DNA of 64,000 nucleotides, from the NCBI GenBank assembly GCA_047285535.1, contig JBJBDC010000001.1:736136-800135 (forward strand). The letters are read 5' to 3'. The stretch is from Synechococcus sp. (lineage in GTDB: Bacteria; Cyanobacteriota; Cyanobacteriia; PCC-6307; Cyanobiaceae). The notes beneath the pieces are model-generated. The model was not told where the DNA came from and did not search any database. It saw nothing but the letters and a program-made list of their open reading frames with translations. The translations under genes were made by a program, and so were the position numbers. Positions 1 to 9,513 of this stretch are shown one piece after another. Each line of letters opens with the position of its first letter. Position 1 is the first letter of the stretch.

Positions 1-1
1 G

Positions 2-298
2 GTGGGAGAGGCTGATCTGGCCGCCTCCCTGTTGATCCGGGCTCGACAGGACGCCTATGGAGACGGGGGTGATCCACTGGCGATCCTTGCTGACAAGGCG
101 ACGGCGCCGATGATGCTGGTGCGGGTCAAGCTGACGCCGGCAGACACTCCCTCAGGGCTTCGCTGGAGCGGCGGCCGAGGGCCCGATCTTCAATTTGACG
201 AGGGGCAACCAGCCCAGGCACGGGCTGGGGTGGAACGGCGCTCGCTGCTGAGTTACACCATTCCTTTTCTGCGCTGGCTCGCAGGCATCAACCGCTGA
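2..298 (+). CDS. NHLM/bacteriocin-type HlyD secretion adaptor, C-terminal part (5' truncated by window)
   Basis: C-terminus 'ADTPSGLRWSGGRGP...VERRSLLSYTIPFLR' resembles the conserved tail of NHLM bacteriocin-system secretion proteins. Confidence 0.7.
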   Translation: MGEADLAASLLIRARQDAYGDGGDPLAILADKATAPMMLVRVKLTPADTPSGLRWSGGRGPDLQFDEGQPAQARAGVERRSLLSYTIPFLRWLAGINR

Positions 299-303
299 CC
301 GAC

Positions 304-510
304 ATGGCCCGTTCTTCTCCCAACGCTTCCTGGCTGGCTGCCCTGCGACAGCCCGCCCCCTGGATTGCGCTTGTGCTGCTGGCGATCACGGTGTCCAGCA
401 CTGCACCCCGTCTTTGGTTCTGGCTTTCTCTTCTTGTGATCGTGCTTCTGGTGGGATGGGTGCAGGCGTTCAAGCGCCACCTACCACCTGGCTCTGACGA
501 TGGTGGCTGA
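304..510 (+). CDS. small two-TM hypothetical protein
   Basis: ATG start 6 nt after the upstream stop, two hydrophobic stretches, overlaps the next gene. Confidence 0.55.
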   Translation: MARSSPNASWLAALRQPAPWIALVLLAITVSSTAPRLWFWLSLLVIVLLVGWVQAFKRHLPPGSDDGG

Positions 511-1609
511 GACCCAGCGGCTGGAATTGCGAGCGGCAGTTGCGATTGGTCTGTCGGCAAGCCTGACCCGCTTGATTTGCCTCACCCTCGGCTTGGGGGA
601 CACTCCGGCGGCCTTCGGGGTGGTGGTGGCGGTCCTGGTGGTTCGACCGGATTTCTGCCGATGGCCATCCCTGCTGTATCCGGTGCTGTTAGTGCTCGCC
701 GGTCTGTCGATGGCCGTGGGCTTAGGCGTGCGCTCGATGTTTCCCGCCGGTCCGGAGGTGTGGTGGTTCGGCGTCGTTGGAGTGCTGATGCAGCTCTTCG
801 CTGTGGCTCTTCCAGCCAAATTGGCCCTGCTCAACAATGCTGTTGCTGCTGCTGGGGTCTTGCCCCTGCTGGGTCCATCAGCCAGCTGGTCCGGCTTGGG
901 TCAGCAACTGGAAGCCATTGCACTGGGTTTGGCGATCGGCACCGCCTTGCAATGGGGTCTGACGCCGGCGGGTTATGGACAACCTGCGCCGACGGGTGGT
1001 CCTGAGGGACCGGATCCCCCGCTGGCAGAGCGCTACCGGCTGGCGCTGAGCAGTGGGGTTTTCTGGCGCAAACTCGTGCTGGCCGCCCTCGCTCTGGCCA
1101 TCGGCAAAGGCCTGGCGACGGCAACTCCAAAATATCTCTATTTCGGAGTTGTACTGCTCCTCAACGACAGTATCGGCGCCACCCTGGCCCGCGTTCGCGA
1201 CCGGATGGTGGGAGTCAGCCTGGGGGTCTTAATGCCACTACTGGTGTTCAACACGATCGGCATCAATAGCGTGGGGCTCGCCCTTGCCATGGGCGGCACT
1301 GCCGCCCTGGTGTCTGTGCTCAATCAAGGGCCCTACTTGAGAACTGCATTGATTTCCACCGGCGTGGCCTTCGCTGGCTATGGCCCATTGATTGCCTGGT
1401 ACATCCCGAATCGTTGGATTGCTTACCTTCTGGGCAGCAGTGTGGCCCTCCTCTCCGGTTTGTTGTTGTTCCCCAATTCAGCGCTGAGCCGCTACAGAAC
1501 ATTGCTGGAGACCAGAGATCAGGCAGCTGATGAGCTGTTGCGCAAGCTCTACCCGGAAGCGCGAGAGGAAGCGGCATGGCTGGGGCAAAGATTGCCGGCT
1601 CCTGATTGA
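500..1609 (+). CDS. FUSC/aromatic acid exporter-like membrane protein
   Basis: Multi-TM protein with two repeated halves and the FUSC-like motif 'LLLNDSIGATLARVRDRMVGVSLG'. Confidence 0.65.
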   Translation: MVAETQRLELRAAVAIGLSASLTRLICLTLGLGDTPAAFGVVVAVLVVRPDFCRWPSLLYPVLLVLAGLSMAVGLGVRSMFPAGPEVWWFGVVGVLMQLFAVALPAKLALLNNAVAAAGVLPLLGPSASWSGLGQQLEAIALGLAIGTALQWGLTPAGYGQPAPTGGPEGPDPPLAERYRLALSSGVFWRKLVLAALALAIGKGLATATPKYLYFGVVLLLNDSIGATLARVRDRMVGVSLGVLMPLLVFNTIGINSVGLALAMGGTAALVSVLNQGPYLRTALISTGVAFAGYGPLIAWYIPNRWIAYLLGSSVALLSGLLLFPNSALSRYRTLLETRDQAADELLRKLYPEAREEAAWLGQRLPAPD

Positions 1610-2002
1610 TAGAGCCTCATTCATCCATTTTTAATCAAAAAAGGATTGAAGCGATTGGTTGGCTCCAATAGGAAAGATCAATCAGATTGTGCAGACAAGT
1701 CCAGCCTTGCTTTGAAGCACAGAACAGATGATCAAAAATGGAGCACAGGAAGCCATCGAGAGACCTTTTTCAAGCTTTATTGTGATTGAGAATTCATACC
1801 CTGCAATCACAACCAATCTTGACGATTTCCATCAGCAGAGAACAAACAATATCGGGAGCATTCAACGATTTCATCCGGCAATCGTGCATCCACCACGCGC
1901 AACAACGAGACCACGAAAGGGGGGTGTGATCCCCAGTGATCGGACTGCTGCAGTCCATGGTTCCGGCTTCCTAGCCTTGAAGAAGATCATCAGCCCTCAG
2001 CA

Positions 2003-2719
2003 ATGATTCTGGGTCAGGTCCCGATGCCACGGAATCGGCAACCCGAGGTGATGGATCAGCCTGGGTTAGACCCCATCGAGCATGACCATGCCCTGCGGGG
2101 GCTGCGCAGGATTAACCGAATCAGCCGCTGTGCTTCTGGCATCTTCCGGCATCTAGAGGCGCTTTCCCAGGACACACAACATGCCCCATTGAGTGTGCTG
2201 GAGCTCGCCTGTGGTGGAGCGGATACGGCCATCGAGCTGGAAGCGATGGCCCTTCGGCGTCAATTGAATCTGTCCATCCAGGCCTGCGACCTCAATCCTG
2301 AAGCAGTGCGTATCGCCCGTCGCAATGCGGCGCGCAATAACAGCAAGATTGATCTGTTTGTAGCGGATGCCCTGGCTTCTCCAGGACCTGAACGGGTTGA
2401 TGTGGTGTACTGCACCTTGTTCGTCCATCACCTGGACCCCCCGGATGTGGTGCGTCTGCTGACCGTGATGGCAGCCAGGGCTCGTCGCCTTGTTCTGGTC
2501 GATGATCTGATCCGAAGCCGCCTGGGCTATGCATTGGCCTGGACCGGAACCCGCCTGCTCAGTCGATCCTGGGTTGTGCACACCGATGGCCCCCTGTCCG
2601 TGCAGGCGGCGTTCACGTCTGCGGAGATTCTCGAGCTTGCCGCCAAAGCCGGCCTGCACAACCCTGCTTTAGAGCGCACCTGGCCTGAGCGTTACCGGCT
2701 CTGCTGGAGACCCCACTGA
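2003..2719 (+). CDS. class I SAM-dependent methyltransferase (type III PKS-associated); start may be 2024
   Basis: SAM motif 'VLELACGGAD', N-terminal 'R..E.MD.P' and 'HTDGPLSV..AFT..E' typical of T3PKS-linked MTases. Confidence 0.85.
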   Translation: MILGQVPMPRNRQPEVMDQPGLDPIEHDHALRGLRRINRISRCASGIFRHLEALSQDTQHAPLSVLELACGGADTAIELEAMALRRQLNLSIQACDLNPEAVRIARRNAARNNSKIDLFVADALASPGPERVDVVYCTLFVHHLDPPDVVRLLTVMAARARRLVLVDDLIRSRLGYALAWTGTRLLSRSWVVHTDGPLSVQAAFTSAEILELAAKAGLHNPALERTWPERYRLCWRPH

Positions 2720-2720
2720 G

Positions 2721-3878
2721 ATGCAGAACAGCTGGGATGTGATTGTGATTGGGGCAGGAGTTGCCGGTGGTCTGGCCGCTCTGGACTGCGCACGCCGCGG
2801 GTTACGGGTCCTGCTCCTTGAAAAACGCTCGTTTCCCCGCTGGAAAGTGTGTGGTTGTTGCTTCAATGCCAATGCCCTGACGGCATTAAAGGCTGTGGGG
2901 CTTCCAAACCTGATCAGCGATCAGGGTGGTGTGCCTCTCGATCTCCTGCGTCTGGGCTGGGGCGGCAGAACCCTCAATCTGGACTTGCCCAGGGGTTGGG
3001 CGCTCTCACGGGAGCGCTTTGATCAGGCTTTGGTGAATGCGGCGGAAGCGGCTGGTGCAACCCTGCGGTTTCAGACCGGCGCCGTCCTGGAGGAGATGGC
3101 CCCAGGGGGACGCATGGTGCGACTTCGTCCGAGCGGTGGAGCACCAGCTGAGCTGGTGCAAGCCCGCGTGGTTCTCGTCGCCGCCGGACTCCAGAACCAG
3201 GTCGTCTCGTCCTTGCACAAAGACGACATCCGGATCGCGCCGCAATCAAGGCTTGGGGCTGGGTGCGTCATCAACGATGACGATGCTCCCTATCAATCAG
3301 GGGCGATCCACATGGCCATTGGCCGTCATGGATACGTCGGACTGGTGCGACGTGAGGATGGTGCCCTCAACCTGGCTGCAGCCTTCGACCGCTCCGCACT
3401 CAAATCCGCAGGGGGTGTTCGTTTTGCTGCAGACCAAGTTCTGAAGCAGGCTGGCTTTGCCATGCCTGGCAGCCTGGAGTCGCAGCGCTGGCAATTAACC
3501 CCAGCGCTGACCCGACGGGCCAGACGGCTTGCCGGCGAACGCTTTCTGCTGCTCGGCGATGCCGCCGGATATGTGGAACCATTCACCGGAGAGGGGATGG
3601 CCTGGGCTCTCAGCGCTGGAGCAGCAGTGGCTCCTTTCGTGGAGGACGCTCAGGACGCATGGACTTCGGATCTCGAGCAACGCTGGGAGAGGAGGATGGA
3701 GGATCTAACGGTGAATCGTCAGCGTCTCTGCCGGCTGTTGTCGACAGTGTTGCGGCAACCGCTCGCCACGACCGCACTGTTCAGGTTGGGATGCCAATGG
3801 CCTGCAATACCGGAGCGGATGATCACCAGCCTCAACCAGCTCTCGCTCCATGACGCTGAACCTGATCCATGTCTCTGA
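2721..3878 (+). CDS. FAD-dependent oxidoreductase (geranylgeranyl reductase-like/aromatic hydroxylase family)
   Basis: 'DVIVIGAGVAG' Rossmann motif, 'FPRWKVCG', 'SRERFDQAL', 'LLGDAAGYVEPFTGEGM'. Confidence 0.9.
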   Translation: MQNSWDVIVIGAGVAGGLAALDCARRGLRVLLLEKRSFPRWKVCGCCFNANALTALKAVGLPNLISDQGGVPLDLLRLGWGGRTLNLDLPRGWALSRERFDQALVNAAEAAGATLRFQTGAVLEEMAPGGRMVRLRPSGGAPAELVQARVVLVAAGLQNQVVSSLHKDDIRIAPQSRLGAGCVINDDDAPYQSGAIHMAIGRHGYVGLVRREDGALNLAAAFDRSALKSAGGVRFAADQVLKQAGFAMPGSLESQRWQLTPALTRRARRLAGERFLLLGDAAGYVEPFTGEGMAWALSAGAAVAPFVEDAQDAWTSDLEQRWERRMEDLTVNRQRLCRLLSTVLRQPLATTALFRLGCQWPAIPERMITSLNQLSLHDAEPDPCL

Positions 3879-4966
3879 CACTCCATGGCCTGGGTACGGC
3901 AGTACCAACTGAGCGCTTGAGCCAGACGGAAGCTCTGGACATAGCGCATCGGATCAATGCCGAGACTCCCGAGCAAGCAAGGCTGATGGCACGGATCTAT
4001 CAAAAAACCAAGGTGCTCTCCCGCGGGAGTGTGCTGCTCGAGACCGATGAAGGGCACGGCACGATCCAGGAACGTCTTGGCTTCTATGGCCCCGAGAGTC
4101 CTAGTACCGCGGAACGGATGCAGGCCTACGACGATCATGCAGGCCCTCTTGCTTTAGAGGCTGCCCGTAAGGCGCTCCATGACTCGGCTCATTTGCCCGA
4201 GACGATCACTCATCTGGTCACCGTCAGCTGCACTGGTTTTCAGTCTCCTGGGGTTGATCTGTACCTCATGGAACAACTGGGACTGACAGCCAGTGTGCAA
4301 CGAACCCATGTGGGCTTCATGGGATGCCACGGCGCACTCAACGGATTGCGTGTCGCCCATGCCTTCGCCGCCATGGATTCCAATGCTGTGGTTCTGCTCT
4401 GCGCTGTGGAACTTTGCAGCCTCCATATGTCCTATGGCTGGCATCCCGAACAAGTTGTAGCCAATTCCTTGTTTGCTGATGGCGCAGCTGCCGTTGTCGC
4501 CTCCGCGAATCCGCCCTCTTCCGATCAATCGCTCGTCTTGCAACGCAGCGGCTCAATGGTGATCCCTGATAGCGCTGAGCTCATGCACTGGAACATTGGT
4601 GATCATGGATTCGCGATGGGATTGTCGGCGCTTGTCCCGGAAACAGTGGGATCTGCCCTGTTGCCCTGGTTGCAAGATTGGCTAGAGGATCAAGCCACCA
4701 ATCTTGCGGCGATGCGCAGCTGGGCCGTGCATCCAGGCGGACCCAGGATTCTCTCGACCTGTGCTGATGTGCTCTCACTGGACCCGAATCTTCTGGCTGA
4801 ATCCAGAACCGTTCTCAAAGATCACGGCAACATGTCGTCCGCCACCATCCTGTTTATTCTCGATCGGCTACGTCGGCGAGCTGTTGCAGGTCCATGCCTG
4901 GCACTGGCCTTTGGCCCTGGGCTCAGCGCCGAAGTTGCCCTGCTCGATCTCCAGTTCGATGCGTGA
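3869..4966 (+). CDS. type III polyketide synthase (chalcone/stilbene synthase family)
   Basis: Catalytic triad intact: 'FMGCHGA' (Cys), 'AVHPGG' (His), 'HGNMSS' (Asn); 'LFADGAAA'; 'AFGPGL'. Confidence 0.95.
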   Translation: MSLTLHGLGTAVPTERLSQTEALDIAHRINAETPEQARLMARIYQKTKVLSRGSVLLETDEGHGTIQERLGFYGPESPSTAERMQAYDDHAGPLALEAARKALHDSAHLPETITHLVTVSCTGFQSPGVDLYLMEQLGLTASVQRTHVGFMGCHGALNGLRVAHAFAAMDSNAVVLLCAVELCSLHMSYGWHPEQVVANSLFADGAAAVVASANPPSSDQSLVLQRSGSMVIPDSAELMHWNIGDHGFAMGLSALVPETVGSALLPWLQDWLEDQATNLAAMRSWAVHPGGPRILSTCADVLSLDPNLLAESRTVLKDHGNMSSATILFILDRLRRRAVAGPCLALAFGPGLSAEVALLDLQFDA

Positions 4967-5165
4967 TGGTGCTGTCGACTGGACCTACCCAAATGAACGA
5001 AGTCGACGCCATGAGATCGCTCTGTAGGGAATCGTTCCTCTGATCACAACGACAGCTGGATTCCAGAGAGAATGCTCTTGCCACCATCAGTCAATGCAAT
5101 GAGAATTTCAATCACCACCACTCGGTTGACGTAGACGCTTCGGTAAGCGATTGCCATTGTGTTAG

Positions 5166-5285
5166 AACCATGTCACCCAGCACCAACAAAGGCACCATTC
5201 CGCGCTGTTGCTTGATCGGGCATTGCAGTCGTTCATAGAGATCCAGATCGCTGCGAGATCCATTCAGCAAAGCGCAACATTCCTC
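5166..5285 (-). pseudogene. degenerate 5' fragment of the phosphoesterase-like gene at 6553-7275
   Basis: 'ALLNGSRSDLDLYERLQ..KQQRGMVPLLVLGDMV' aligns with 'ALVSGLRGDLDLYERIQ..KQHCGMAHLFVLGDMV'; DNA similar to 7156-7275. Confidence 0.8.
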
Positions 5286-5983
5286 CAGCACTTGTCCAGG
5301 TTGGTGACCGCAGTTCACTGATCTTGAAAAGATGTTCAGCCTGTTGCAGCTGCTATGGCCTGGGGCCTGTAGCTACAAGCCAGCGACGTTCGGCCATGAC
5401 GGTGTGGGCCGTTAAAGAGTGCTGAGATGTGATGCAACACAGCTGTCTCCAGCTGTGGTCCAACGCAGGCTTGTCCATGCGTGACCAGTCCTACACACCA
5501 ACTGGGGAAGCAGGGCCAATGTCCTTGACAGCAACGTGGTGATGGGTCAACACCTAGACCTGGGTTGCAGCAATCGCGAGAGCTCCGAAACAACAGATTT
5601 GGTGTTCACGACTACGACGGCTTTGGTGTCCAGGGATCAAGATCATCTCCAGGGAAGCAGGAACAACATTCACAGGGGCCTTCCTTATACAGAAGCAAGA
5701 CTGAACCACCTGTTTTTTTTGCAGAATCTCCAAAGCGTTCACAACCGAAAGCAATCAGACATGCTCCACCTGCTTTGATTGAGAGGCACAGGGGCATCCT
5801 TGGCTATGGCCATGCATTATCAATTCACAGTCTTTGTAGACATTTACCTGGCCAGCAAAGACATCAGGCCAATGAACCCCTTCAGGGTCCGATTAGGTGT
5901 CAATCGCTACGTCAGCTTTGGTTGATTTGGATAAAGTACTGAATGAGGGGTGGGAAGAGCATCCAAAAAATCTTCCCCTTATC

Positions 5984-6011
5984 AAAGCAGGATTGGAGCC
6001 CTGCTTTTTTT
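5984..6011 (+). terminator. Rho-independent terminator-like hairpin
   Basis: aaagcagg...cctgcttt stem followed by a T-run. Confidence 0.65.
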
Positions 6012-6145
6012 ATGCCATTCGTTTTTTTCAACCTTACAGTTGAAACGAATGGGTATCAACAGCCACCTCAAATCGTATCGATTTTGCTTAAGTTCATCAT
6101 GAGGAAATTTCCCAGCACCTTTCACTCAACGATTTCCTCATACTG

Positions 6146-6174
6146 AAGCAGGCCTGATCTAACCTGCTTTTTTT
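6146..6174 (+). terminator. Rho-independent terminator-like hairpin (paralog of 5984-6011)
   Basis: aagcagg...cctgctt stem followed by a T-run. Confidence 0.65.
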
Positions 6175-6552
6175 GTGCCTGAAGCTAAACACAGTTCACT
6201 CTGGCAACCGATGACTCATGGTGTCAGCACTGATTGCAGACAGCTGCTGCTCAGTTGTGAACTCTTGTTGAGAGAATATGATCCTGATCTGAAGCCTGAA
6301 CCTTTCGTTTGATCGGATACAACAACAGGCTCCTCAAAGGCGAAGCATAGAGATTCTACGATTCATTCTCTTGGGACTTCTTGTGATTGCTGGTTGTATA
6401 GCACTCGCTGCCGCAGTCTTTCTAAAGTTGCTCAACGACACAACCTAATGACAACTGTTTCATCGCAAACTTTGATGGGCAATCAACCGGGCCATGCTTG
6501 TCGATCATGCGTTTCTATTGATTGACTGACTGATTGACTGGCTGACTGATGC

Positions 6553-7275
6553 TCATCCTCTGAATGATCCAAAGCCACGGCGCAAAGTTTGGGAAGTCTT
6601 GGCAATGCAGAGGAACTCAATGTGATCACTTGCAGGGTCGTAGAGGGTGTAGTTCGTCCCGGAACCAATCCCAATCACGCTGCGTTTTGGAACCAACTGT
6701 TGATGCAATTGCTCATGGGCGTGATCCTTGACTTTCGACTGAATCTGGCCACCTGTGAGCTGCAGTCGGAATTGCCTGCCACTACGAGCTGTGAATAGCC
6801 GGTTCACATCCAGCCGTGTGAGGCGATCGAGCAGGATTAAGGGTGATGTTGTCTCAAGTAACTGGTCGCCAACATCAGCTGAGCTGCCATGGATCAGTCC
6901 ACAGTCCAGTTCGATCAGACCAAAATTGAGCGAAGCCAGCCAGTTGAGGTGTCCCTGATCCACGGCTTCACGCAATTGTTGAAGGGTCGATGCCTTGTGG
7001 TGATTCTGTAGAGCCTTCTTCTTCTCATCACCCCGGTAGCCGTAGTCAATGAGAAGCTGCTCTTCCCACCATCCGTAAATGCAGTGAGGAAATAGATCAC
7101 CACGCTTCGGTTGGCGTATCCGTTTCAACAAGCGATTGCAAGTGTGATTGGGGCCAACCATGTCACCCAGCACAAACAAGTGCGCCATTCCGCAGTGCTG
7201 CTTGAGGTCGGCTTGGATTCGTTCATAGAGATCCAGGTCTCCGCGAAGTCCACTCACCAGTGCCCAACGTTCCAT
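6553..7275 (-). CDS. metallophosphoesterase-fold protein with degenerate metal ligands
   Basis: 'FVLGDMVGP' and 'LIHGS' retained; first DxH motif appears as 'SGLRG' and GHTH as 'ARSG'; start overlaps the upstream stop. Confidence 0.75.
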   Translation of the reverse strand: MERWALVSGLRGDLDLYERIQADLKQHCGMAHLFVLGDMVGPNHTCNRLLKRIRQPKRGDLFPHCIYGWWEEQLLIDYGYRGDEKKKALQNHHKASTLQQLREAVDQGHLNWLASLNFGLIELDCGLIHGSSADVGDQLLETTSPLILLDRLTRLDVNRLFTARSGRQFRLQLTGGQIQSKVKDHAHEQLHQQLVPKRSVIGIGSGTNYTLYDPASDHIEFLCIAKTSQTLRRGFGSFRG

Positions 7276-8090
7276 CAGCGCTCACACACATGGCTGGCGT
7301 CTTCTGCACGCTCGGCATATTCGAATCCATGGCTTAATCGCCATGCAAATATCTCTGGCAATCCGGCCTCGACTATTGCCTGGCATGTTCTGCCAACGTC
7401 GTACTCCACTTCTCGAATGCTCACCTCCCCAGTGCTGTCTTCATGGATGACGTAAGTCGCCTTGGTATTGCCATGTCTCGGCTCACCAACAGAGCCGGCA
7501 TTGACGATACGGCGTATGGGCAGTGTCATCTCTTGTTCGCTGGCGGTTCGACTACCGCTCTGTTGCACGCTGACCCGGATGGAACCACAGCTGAGCTCAC
7601 GCACATAGGGTTGATGGGTGTGACCACAGAACAGGGTTTCCGCTCCTGCCGTCTCCACCCGCTCCAAAGCAGCAAAAGCATTCATGTCCGGCAGAAGATA
7701 TTCATGCTGGCTGTTAGGACTTCCATGCACGAACAGCAACTGGTCCTTGCGCAGGGTGAGTGGTAGCTCTGCGAGAAATGCTTTGTTCTCTTGCGTCAAG
7801 CGCTCGGCGGTCCAGTGGTGAGCTTGATGACCGCGCCGTTCCGCCAGCTGAGAGGGATAGCTGCATTCGCAGGCATTGAGGCCCTCGATGATGTCCTCAT
7901 CCCAGCATCCTTGGCAGGTCGGGATAGAGCGCTGCCGTATGAGTTCCACCACTTCATTGGGCTGGGGGCCATAGCCAACCAAGTCACCGAGGCAGGTGAT
8001 GGTTGTGATGCCTTGTTGGTCGATGTCGTCCAGAACGGCTTCGAAAGCCGCGAGATTGGCATGCAGACAGGAGATCACGGCGTGGGCCAT
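7275..8090 (-). CDS. metallophosphoesterase (calcineurin-like, YfcE/diadenosine tetraphosphatase-like)
   Basis: 'ISCLHANL', 'CLGDLVGYGP', 'FVHGSP', 'CGHTHQP', 'VNAGSVGEPR'. Confidence 0.9.
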   Translation of the reverse strand: MAHAVISCLHANLAAFEAVLDDIDQQGITTITCLGDLVGYGPQPNEVVELIRQRSIPTCQGCWDEDIIEGLNACECSYPSQLAERRGHQAHHWTAERLTQENKAFLAELPLTLRKDQLLFVHGSPNSQHEYLLPDMNAFAALERVETAGAETLFCGHTHQPYVRELSCGSIRVSVQQSGSRTASEQEMTLPIRRIVNAGSVGEPRHGNTKATYVIHEDSTGEVSIREVEYDVGRTCQAIVEAGLPEIFAWRLSHGFEYAERAEDASHVCER

Positions 8091-8092
8091 CG

Positions 8093-8875
8093 TTATCTGT
8101 TGGGTTGAAGGTCGTGTTGTCGGTCCCTCAGTTGGGCCTGATGCAGTTCGAGAACGTCGTCCCTAAGGAGGCAGTCATCAATCGTCGACTGGAGTCCAGA
8201 GCAATTCAGCGCCCGACCCTGCACCACCAGGTGGGATGTGCGCTCAGGCCTTCCCTTCGGGGGTTCCACCGAGTCCAGAGGGAGAAATTGTGATCCCTCT
8301 TGGCTAACCATCCAATTGCAGAAGAACGAACGGCCATCCGGCAGGTTCATGAGCCCCTTGGCCCGATAGACATCGCCATAGGCGCCATTGACCAATTCGA
8401 ACCAGAAACTGCTGAGGCTGTTCGGATCCCAGACGCAGCCCTGGAGATTCTGATCCCAGGCCTCAAGACGTTGGAAATCCAGGGTGTCATGGCTAGGCAG
8501 TTCCGGGTCCAAGCCGAAATGCAGCGTCCGATCCGGCCGGAGGTTGAGCTGCTCCAAGTGCTGCTTCACCTTCGGATCCAGCCCTTGCGACTCGCTCCGC
8601 TTTGGCTGCTGGAATTGCTGAACCTCGATCAGCACAAGTCCGTTCTTGGCGTGAAGGGCCCGCGATGGTTGCCTGGAAAGATCCTCAAGCTCAGGAATCT
8701 GGTCCCGGAGCCAGGCGCTGTCGATCCCGGCGATAGGCCCGTGATCCAGTCCTTCCATCCTGGAACTGTTGAGGCGGAGGTAAGCACAGGGGCCCTCATG
8801 CCTGAGCAATGCGTCGCGGATCCAATTGGATTTTCCACACCCCGGGGGACCAGTGATCAACCAGGTCTGATGCAT
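8093..8875 (-). CDS. CobW/COG0523-like (G3E) GTP-binding protein, short form
   Basis: Walker A 'GPPGCGKS'; CobW_C-like 'GDVYRAKGLM...LVVQG'; no CxCC motif seen. Confidence 0.7.
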   Translation of the reverse strand: MHQTWLITGPPGCGKSNWIRDALLRHEGPCAYLRLNSSRMEGLDHGPIAGIDSAWLRDQIPELEDLSRQPSRALHAKNGLVLIEVQQFQQPKRSESQGLDPKVKQHLEQLNLRPDRTLHFGLDPELPSHDTLDFQRLEAWDQNLQGCVWDPNSLSSFWFELVNGAYGDVYRAKGLMNLPDGRSFFCNWMVSQEGSQFLPLDSVEPPKGRPERTSHLVVQGRALNCSGLQSTIDDCLLRDDVLELHQAQLRDRQHDLQPNR

Positions 8876-8921
8876 AGTCAGAAATTTCAGATCGACTCAC
8901 CGCCAGATCCCACATCAAAAA

Positions 8922-8936
8922 TGGGAACCATTCTCA
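8922..8936 (-). promoter_or_regulatory. putative Zur/Fur-family 7-1-7 operator
   Basis: Minus-strand TGAGAAT-G-GTTCCCA, about 47 bp upstream of the COG0523-like start; resembles TGA(G/T)AATNATT(C/A)TCA. Confidence 0.55.
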
Positions 8937-9180
8937 GTATGGCCGATCAAATGATGCATGGCCACAGCTCAAGAGATCGGCACGGCGCACCGCTGGGATC
9001 AGGAATCAATATCAAGAAAAATCTTAGTGGGCTTTGGTGGCTCGAGATAGAGCTTGCCTGAATCGCGGCAGTCCTTTTGCATTGTTGATCTCAGGTCGCC
9101 GGGACCGCCTGGTCATTGGAGGTCGCCAACCAAGGTCGAGGAGATCAGACGCTTCCCTGCATTCCTCCGGTCCTGTCAAA

Positions 9181-9216
9181 CAATCTGTTCAATCAATCTG
9201 TTCAATCATCTGTCAA
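9181..9216. repeat. 13-bp tandem repeat (caatctgttcaat x2 plus a degenerate third copy)
   Basis: Read directly from the sequence. Confidence 0.8.
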
Positions 9217-9396
9217 AGACCACGACCGACGCTGTCCGTTCAGACCCCAGTGCCAATGGACAGCTGCTGATGACCGTCGATTGAAGAGGGGATTCCCTGA
9301 GTTGTCTTTCGAATGGAGTGCAAGGCACTCGATGGAATGCAACCGATCAGGCCTCTTGGATTGTTGCTCGCCATCCTTCAGTGATCGGCACCTCGG

Positions 9397-9452
9397 CTTG
9401 GTTCGCGAGTTTGTTTCGCGTGCTTGTTTCGCAAGCTTGTTTCGCGTGCTTG
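9397..9452. repeat. 13-bp tandem repeat, about 4.3 copies (consensus cttgtttcgcgtg)
   Basis: cttggttcgcgag/tttgtttcgcgtg/cttgtttcgcaag/cttgtttcgcgtg/cttg. Confidence 0.85.
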
Positions 9453-9513
9453 CTCCACAACCAATTCCTACCGATCATTGCTTATACAAGGCCTATACAA
9501 GCTTCCGGTGGTC

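Noticed and set aside
5330..5940. Highly decayed porin (Som-like) pseudogene
   Set aside because: Only faint fragments ('FTTTTAL', 'FTG..LYT'); not supportable without BLASTx
8300..9061. 253-aa plus-strand ORF
   Set aside because: Antisense shadow of the COG0523-like gene
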